64,000 bases of DNA from contig JALSRK010000032.1 of NCBI GenBank assembly GCA_026984795.1, forward strand, positions 1-64,000, written 5' to 3'. Source of the DNA: Solibacteraceae bacterium. GTDB lineage: Bacteria > Acidobacteriota > Terriglobia > Bryobacterales > Bryobacteraceae. The translations under genes and the position numbers were made by a program. Below the pieces are notes generated by a model that saw nothing but the letters and a program-made list of their open reading frames with translations, did not search any database and was not told where the DNA came from. Within the stretch, counting starts at the first letter, position 1; each line of letters begins with the position of its first letter. Of the stretch, positions 58,780 to 64,000 are shown piece by piece.

Positions 58780-60108
58780 TCAGATGCTCCCGCCGAGCAC
58801 CGCCAGGGCCGCCGCGGCCATCGCCTTCACGCCGGTCTCGATGGTGGGATGGATCTCTGGGGCGAACAAGGGGGAGTGCAGCGCGGGCAGCCGGACCTCT
58901 CCCCGCTCGGCGGCCTCCCAGCGGGAGCGCTCGACGGTTCCCAGCCAGAACAGGTAGATGGGGACCTTCTCGGGCGTGCGGCCGTAACGGGAGAAGTCTT
59001 CACTGGCCATCACGGCCGGGACCTCGACGACGCTTTCCTCGCCGAGGACCTTGTTCCAGGCGGCGACCAGGCGGCGGCCGAGATCCGGGTCGTTGTAAGT
59101 GGCCGGCGTGTACTCGTTCGGCATCTCGATGACGGGCAGCCGGTCCTCGGGGATGCCGAAGGCGCGGGCGGTTTCGGTGGTGATGCGCCGGATGGCGGCC
59201 AGCACCGCCTTGCGGGTCTTGTCGGAGTAGTTGCGGACGGTGAGCTGGAGCTTGACCTCCGGCGGGATGATGTTGTGTTTCGCCCCGCCGTGGATGGAGC
59301 CGACGGTGACGACGACGGCGTCCTGGGGGTCGGTCTCCCGGCTGGCGATCGTTTGCAAAGCCGTGATGATGTAAGCGGACAGGACGATCGGGTCTTTGGT
59401 CTTGTGGGGGTAAGCGCCGTGGCCACCGAGGCCGCGGACGGTGATGTCCACCGAATCGACCGCCGCCATGGCGTAGCCGTGGTGGTAGCCGATGGTCCCG
59501 GCGGGCAGCTCGGCGCTGACGTGCAGGGCCAGGGCGGCGTCCGGGGTGGGGAAGCGCCGGTAGAGGCCGTCGGCGAGCATGGCCTTGGCTCCGGCGCCGC
59601 GCTCCTCGGCCGGCTGGGCGATCATGACGACCGTGCCCTTCCACCGGTCCTTCGTCTTTGCCAATAGGCGGGCCGTGCCGACGAACGCCGTCATGTGGAT
59701 GTCGTGGCCACAGGCGTGCATCACGCCGACGTCGTTGCCGGCATCGTCCCGGGTGCGGACCTTGCTGGCGTAGGGCTTGCCGGTCTCCTCGACGACGGGC
59801 AGGGCGTCGAGGTCGGTCCGAATCAGGACCGTCTTCCCTTCGCCGTTGCGCAGCACGCCCACGACGCCGTTTCCGCCGACGCCGGTGGTGACTTCGTAGC
59901 CGGCCCGGCGCAGCTCCTGGGCGATGCGCGTGGCCGTCGCCGTTTCGTGAAAGGAGAGCTCGGGGTGCGCGTGCAGGTGCTTGTAAAGCTCCTCCAGGCG
60001 CCTGGCCTCCGCGGCCGCCAGCTCGCCCAAGTCGGCGGCCGCAGCGGACGGAGACAAAACAGACGACATCGTCAGCATTATCAGGACCGGCAACGTACGG
60101 ACAGCCAT
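58780..60108 (-). CDS. M20D-family amidohydrolase (hippurate hydrolase/aminoacylase-like), secreted
   Basis: The sequence has HAHPELSFHE, IRTDLDALP, MHACGHDIH and GGHGAYPH blocks. The signal peptide is MAVRTLPVLIMLTMSSVLSPSAAAA. The 107 upstream codons of the track ORF are rejected. Confidence 0.9.
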   Translation of the reverse strand: MAVRTLPVLIMLTMSSVLSPSAAAADLGELAAAEARRLEELYKHLHAHPELSFHETATATRIAQELRRAGYEVTTGVGGNGVVGVLRNGEGKTVLIRTDLDALPVVEETGKPYASKVRTRDDAGNDVGVMHACGHDIHMTAFVGTARLLAKTKDRWKGTVVMIAQPAEERGAGAKAMLADGLYRRFPTPDAALALHVSAELPAGTIGYHHGYAMAAVDSVDITVRGLGGHGAYPHKTKDPIVLSAYIITALQTIASRETDPQDAVVVTVGSIHGGAKHNIIPPEVKLQLTVRNYSDKTRKAVLAAIRRITTETARAFGIPEDRLPVIEMPNEYTPATYNDPDLGRRLVAAWNKVLGEESVVEVPAVMASEDFSRYGRTPEKVPIYLFWLGTVERSRWEAAERGEVRLPALHSPLFAPEIHPTIETGVKAMAAAALAVLGGSI

Positions 60109-60675
60109 CACGGTTCCCCCTAACGGAATCTGGCGAACGCTTCTATGCTGGATGCATCCGCTGGTGGAAGTCAAACGTCTCTGCGCGTTGCCGTTGCCGG
60201 GCGATGCGGTGGAGAACGCCGTCCGGCTGGCATGAGTGGACCCAACGGGTGCGTCAGGAGTTCGAAAAGGGGGGGCACACAGGCTGTTGGAAACGCTTAC
60301 AATCCCGAGCTGCGCCTGCGGGGTCTGTCCCATCGGGCCGGGCCATTCTGGTCCCGCGGGTGGATCTTCCATCTTTTCGGGTTGGTACCGGTAGTACTCG
60401 GGTGGGAATGCGGGATGGGACGTCTCCAAGCCCGGCGGCGCCGGGTCCTTCGGAGCAGGCGGGTTGCAACCGCTTGCGAAAAGTAAACGTAACTGAAAAG
60501 AATATTCTTCGAAAATCGATGGGAATACTCGAACTCTCCTCCGCCAGATCTTCGGAGCATCGGATTCCCGCTATCTCATACGTGCGGCTGGAGATAGCTG
60601 GCTTCCTGGGTTTCCGGACGCCTGTTCGCGATGCCGGCAGACGTCAATCTCCTGAGGGAAATGTGTCGGTTTTTC

Positions 60676-60704
60676 TTGACACGGTAGGCGCATGGGCGCA
60701 TCAT
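60676..60704 (+). promoter_or_regulatory. candidate promoter for the receiver gene
   Basis: TTGACA at 60676-60681, a 17-nt spacer, then CATCAT at 60699-60704. It is ~40 nt upstream of the ATG at 60745, which has an AGGAGG SD. This is weak and by eye only. Confidence 0.25.
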
Positions 60705-60744
60705 TGAGGCAGGCCGACTGCTCGCCGGAAAGGAGGGTAGACGT

Positions 60745-61227
60745 ATGGCAGGCCCCACCTCCAACCTGCCCCAGATTTCGATCGCCGACAAGACTGTGGC
60801 GGTCATGGCCGTAAGCCCCTTTGAGGAAGACCACGCTAGCCTCCGGGCCATTTTCAGCCACTCCAACTGGCGCATTTCGTCGGCGTATTCATGCCACGAA
60901 GCGGTCCGCCAGCTTCATACCAGCCCGCTCGCGGTGCTGATTTGTGAACGCGACCTCCCTGACGGGACGTGGAAAGATCTGCTGGAATCTGTGACCCTGC
61001 TGCCGTTCCCTCCGCTGATCGTCGTGAGCTCCAGCCACGCCGACGACCGGCTTTGGGCCGAAGTACTGAATCTCGGCGCCTACGACGTCCTTTCGAAGCC
61101 TTTCGACCGTGCGGAAGTGACGCGCATCGTGAGCCTGGCATGGCTCCACTGGAAGGACCTGGCGGCCGCCCGCAGGAAGCTTCCCGTGGCCGAGCATCGC
61201 CGCGCCAGCGCCCAGGCGACGGCTTGA
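60745..61227 (+). CDS. single-domain CheY-like receiver protein, apparently with Glu at the phospho-acceptor position
   Basis: 160 aa. The alignment to CheY by eye places VLICERDLPDG against FVISDWNMPNMDG, so D57 aligns with E. It also places IVVSSS against LMVTAE (T87 to S) and LSKPF against VVKPF (K109 conserved). Confidence 0.8.
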   Translation: MAGPTSNLPQISIADKTVAVMAVSPFEEDHASLRAIFSHSNWRISSAYSCHEAVRQLHTSPLAVLICERDLPDGTWKDLLESVTLLPFPPLIVVSSSHADDRLWAEVLNLGAYDVLSKPFDRAEVTRIVSLAWLHWKDLAAARRKLPVAEHRRASAQATA

Positions 61228-61277
61228 GAAGGGGCGCGTTCCGGGAGGCTGGACCGAAGGCCGTGCGGGGGCGGGTC

Positions 61278-61910
61278 TCAGACCCGAATGAGGCGAATTG
61301 AGAAGATCGCCCCGCCGCCCGGCCGGTTGGCGGCGGAGACCGAGCCGCCCCAGTCTTCCACCAGGGTCCTGACGATGTGGAGCCCCATGCCGCCGCTCGA
61401 TTTCGTCGAAAAACGCGGCTCGAAAATACGGGGCAGAATGGCGGGAGGAATGCCGGGACCGTCGTCGGCCACCGAGATCTCCACGCCTGCGGCGGTGCGG
61501 CGTGCAGAGACCTCGATGCGCACGCCGTCCGGCGTCGTCTGTGCGGCGTTCAAGAAAAGGTTCAGCAGCACCCGCTCCCACGCGGCGGCCGGACCGGGAA
61601 CAGCGATTCCCTTTTCGATCCGGGGAGCGAAAACCACCGGGGCAGCGTGGACGGTCTTGAGGAGATCCTGGGTGAACTCCATCGTCCCGCTGAGGATCGG
61701 TTCCAGCGGTTGCGCCGCCTGGACGGACGCCATCAGGCCGCTGGCAATGCGCTGCCCGTGCCGGGCGCTGCGGCAGATCGCCCCGGACAAGGAGCGCCAT
61801 TTCGGGTCCGTTTCGAGCAGTTCCGCCGCTTCCAGAATGGTGGCGAAGACATTGTTCAAATCATGAGCCAATCCGGCCAGGGTTAGATCCTGGGCCGACT
61901 CCACGGCCAT
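61278..61910 (-). CDS. minimal soluble histidine kinase (HisKA + HATPase_c, no sensor domain)
   Basis: 210 aa. The H-box is LAGLAHDLNNVFATI, the N-box is LLNLFLNAAQ, G1 is DDGPGIP and G2 is GGMGLHIV. An AGGAGGAGG SD is present. The gene starts 24 nt after the aroA stop. Confidence 0.85.
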   Translation of the reverse strand: MAVESAQDLTLAGLAHDLNNVFATILEAAELLETDPKWRSLSGAICRSARHGQRIASGLMASVQAAQPLEPILSGTMEFTQDLLKTVHAAPVVFAPRIEKGIAVPGPAAAWERVLLNLFLNAAQTTPDGVRIEVSARRTAAGVEISVADDGPGIPPAILPRIFEPRFSTKSSGGMGLHIVRTLVEDWGGSVSAANRPGGGAIFSIRLIRV

Positions 61911-61934
61911 GGCGGTCCTCCTCCTGCGGGCTTC

Positions 61935-63215
61935 TCACCCGCTCAATGACCGTAGTGTATCGAAAAACTCAGGGTAAGAGATACGCGCGGCCTGGGCGCC
62001 GCGGATTGTACACGGGCCTTCCGTGGCGAGCGCGGCCACGGTGAAGGCCATGGCGATACGGTGGTCGCCGAAGCTGTCGAGTTCGGCGGCGCGGAGGCGC
62101 TGCCGGCCGGGGACCGAGAAGCCGTCCTGCCAGGACTTCACCGCCACGCCCATACGCTTCAGGTTCTCCTCGACGGCGGCGATCCGGTCGGTCTCCTTGA
62201 TGCGCAGCTCCCGCGCGTCCCGAACTTCGAGCCCTTGTTCGCTGGTCGCGCCGAGTACCGCCAGCACCGGGATTTCGTCGATCAAGGCGGCGGTCCACTG
62301 GCCTTCGACAACGCCGCCGCGCAGCGGCCCGTAAGCGGCTTCCACGTCGCCGACCAGCTCGCCGTGACGGTGGCCGACGCTGAGGATCCTCACCGGCGCG
62401 CCCATCAGGCGGAGGAAGTCGAGCAGGGCGGCCCGCGTGGGGTTCAGCCCCACTTGTTCGATGACGATGCGCGAGCCGGGCGCCAGCAGCGCGGCGGCGA
62501 GGAAGAAGGCCGCTGAAGAGAGGTCGCCCGGGACTTCGAGATCCAGCCCGGACAGCTCCGGCCGCCCCATCACGGTGATCCGTTTTCCCTGCACCGCGAC
62601 CTCGGCGCCGAACTCGCGCAAGGCGATCTCGGTGTGGTCGCGGGTCCGCAACGGCTCGATGAGGGTGGTCTCGCCGGGAGCGAACAGGCCGGCGAAGAGC
62701 ACGCAAGTCTTCACCTGGGCGCTGGCGACGGGAAGCTCATAGGTGATGGGCTGCAAGGGGCGGCCCTCGATCTCGAGCGGTGGGTACTGGGCGTCGCGGG
62801 CGCGGATGCGGGCGCCCATCTGCTCGAGCGGCGTCATGATGCGGCGCATGGGCCGGCGCGAGAGCGACTCGTCGCCCCCGATCACCGACGTAAACGGCTG
62901 GGCCGCCAGGATTCCGCTGAGCATCCGGATGGTGGAGCCGGAATTGCCGGCATCGAGCATGGAAGCCGGCTTCGAAAGGCCTTCGCGTCCCCGCCCCTCG
63001 AGCCGCACGGTATTGCCCTCGCGCTCCACTTTGACGCCGAGGGACTCCAGACAGCCAAGGGTGGAGGCGCAGTCGGCGCCGGTCGAGTAGTTCCGGATGG
63101 TGGTCACGCCCCGGGCGATCGAAGCGAGCATCGCGTAGCGGTGGGAGATGGATTTGTCGCCGGGAAGGCGGACTTCACCTTTGAGCGGGCCCGCCGGCCC
63201 TATCGTCACGTCCAT
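61935..63215 (-). CDS. aroA: 3-phosphoshikimate 1-carboxyvinyltransferase (EPSP synthase)
   Basis: 426 aa. The sequence has LPGDKSISHR, LDAGNSGSTIRML and DHRIAMAF blocks. Confidence 0.97.
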   Translation of the reverse strand: MDVTIGPAGPLKGEVRLPGDKSISHRYAMLASIARGVTTIRNYSTGADCASTLGCLESLGVKVEREGNTVRLEGRGREGLSKPASMLDAGNSGSTIRMLSGILAAQPFTSVIGGDESLSRRPMRRIMTPLEQMGARIRARDAQYPPLEIEGRPLQPITYELPVASAQVKTCVLFAGLFAPGETTLIEPLRTRDHTEIALREFGAEVAVQGKRITVMGRPELSGLDLEVPGDLSSAAFFLAAALLAPGSRIVIEQVGLNPTRAALLDFLRLMGAPVRILSVGHRHGELVGDVEAAYGPLRGGVVEGQWTAALIDEIPVLAVLGATSEQGLEVRDARELRIKETDRIAAVEENLKRMGVAVKSWQDGFSVPGRQRLRAAELDSFGDHRIAMAFTVAALATEGPCTIRGAQAARISYPEFFDTLRSLSG

Positions 63216-63256
63216 AGCGAGTCACTTATTGTAGCAGCCGCCCGCCGGAGACCCAT

Positions 63257-63655
63257 TCATTCGATGCCGTACGGCCCAGGGTTCTCCAAATTCAGGTACA
63301 TCCGCTTCTTACTGCGAAAGCTCACCCAGATGTGCACGGCCTTGACGTGGTCCCGGCACTGCAGGTAGAAGGGCACCTCGTCGCCCTCTTCGAGCACTTC
63401 CTGAGAAATCACGCTCTCCTGCTCGCTGAGCAGCCGCTTGCCGGGAGCGAAGAGTTCGAACTTCGCCCGCATCCCGATGAGCGGTTCGACCACTTTGTTG
63501 ACACGCACGACGCCGTCGATGAGGATCAGCCCGTTTTCACGCCGGGCGCCGAAATCGACCAGCGTCAGGTCCGGCTCCTTGTGCGACTTGCCCTTCCTGC
63601 CTGCGGCGGGCAACAATGTTGCCATCAGCAGTAGACAAACGAGGACCTTCCTCAT
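63257..63655 (-). CDS. hypothetical secreted protein
   Basis: 132 aa with the signal peptide MRKVLVCLLLMATLLPAAG. I recognise no family. Confidence 0.5.
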   Translation of the reverse strand: MRKVLVCLLLMATLLPAAGRKGKSHKEPDLTLVDFGARRENGLILIDGVVRVNKVVEPLIGMRAKFELFAPGKRLLSEQESVISQEVLEEGDEVPFYLQCRDHVKAVHIWVSFRSKKRMYLNLENPGPYGIE

Positions 63656-63693
63656 CTTGCGATTTAGTTTAGCGGAAAGAAAGTGAGGTATCC

Positions 63694-64000
63694 ATGCTGA
63701 CTCGGCGTGATTGGATGCTGGCCTCGGCGGGCGTGGCGGCTGCAGCGGCGAGCGCCCAGGGAAGCGGAAAGAACGTAGTGGTCGCGAGCGCCAACGGCGC
63801 CCGCGCCTGCACGAAGGCGATGGAGATGCTCCAGGCCGGCCGGGACACCCTCGACGCAGTGGTCGCGGGCGTCAACATCGTCGAGGAGGATCCCAACGAT
63901 GCCTCGGTCGGCTACGGCGGCCTGCCCAATGAGGACGGCGTCGTCGAGCTGGACGCCTGCGTGATGCATGGGCCGACGCGGCGGGCGGGCGCTGTGGGCG
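63694..64000 (+). CDS. asparaginase-2 / glycosylasparaginase family Ntn-hydrolase, Tat signal; 5' fragment, the gene runs off the window end
   Basis: This ORF is not in the ORF track because it is open-ended. Manual translation gives MLTRRDWMLASAGVAAAAASAQGSGKNVVVASANGARACTKAMEMLQAGRDTLDAVVAGVNIVEEDPNDASVGYGGLPNEDGVVELDACVMHG. That is the typical N-terminus of this family. Confidence 0.8.
   Translation, partial: MLTRRDWMLASAGVAAAAASAQGSGKNVVVASANGARACTKAMEMLQAGRDTLDAVVAGVNIVEEDPNDASVGYGGLPNEDGVVELDACVMHGPTRRAGAVG

Overview
This is a 64-kb chromosomal segment from a high-GC bacterium, roughly two-thirds G+C by eye. The gene content suggests Acidobacteriota or a similar soil lineage, but that is inference only. 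It includes an alternative complex III cluster joined to a caa3 oxidase cluster, many twin-arginine-exported enzymes, and PEGA, carboxypeptidase-regulatory-like and Solibacter-style secreted proteins. About 60 protein genes are supportable. I recognised no rRNA, tRNA, CRISPR array or intact mobile element. Main blocks, in order: (1) a sugar symporter and GHMP kinase, a methyltransferase and a class-V aminotransferase. (2) A small lower-GC islet with an intact RHH antitoxin, a decayed PIN toxin and an orphan secreted protein. (3) A 12.4-kb minus-strand respiratory operon, actABCDEF, an unknown membrane protein, sco and caa3 oxidase subunits II, I, III and IV. It sits divergent from a histidine kinase and a REC-XRE response regulator. 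(4) Housekeeping genes dprA, topA, an aas-like gene, dgt, rnr, add, glgB and aroA. (5) An IS481-like relic next to a lower-GC RsbW/STAS partner-switching pair and an orphan NarL-type regulator. (6) Several Tat-signal enzymes: a Gfo/Idh/MocA oxidoreductase, a UxuA-like dehydratase, a PHP-like hydrolase, a GH29 fucosidase and an asparaginase-family protein. (7) A DUF5060-type glycosidase operon that also carries two unknown membrane proteins. (8) A three-gene secreted-protein operon preceded by a 14-nt homopolymeric T tract in a promoter-like context. (9) A minimal histidine kinase downstream of aroA, facing a receiver protein that appears to carry Glu at the phospho-acceptor position. No single clearly novel multi-gene system is evident. 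The best candidates for follow-up are the T-tract and secreted operon, the exported UxuA/Gfo/PHP trio, the sigma-less partner-switching module and the extra membrane protein inside the ACIII-oxidase operon. All family assignments come from motif recognition by eye, with no database search.
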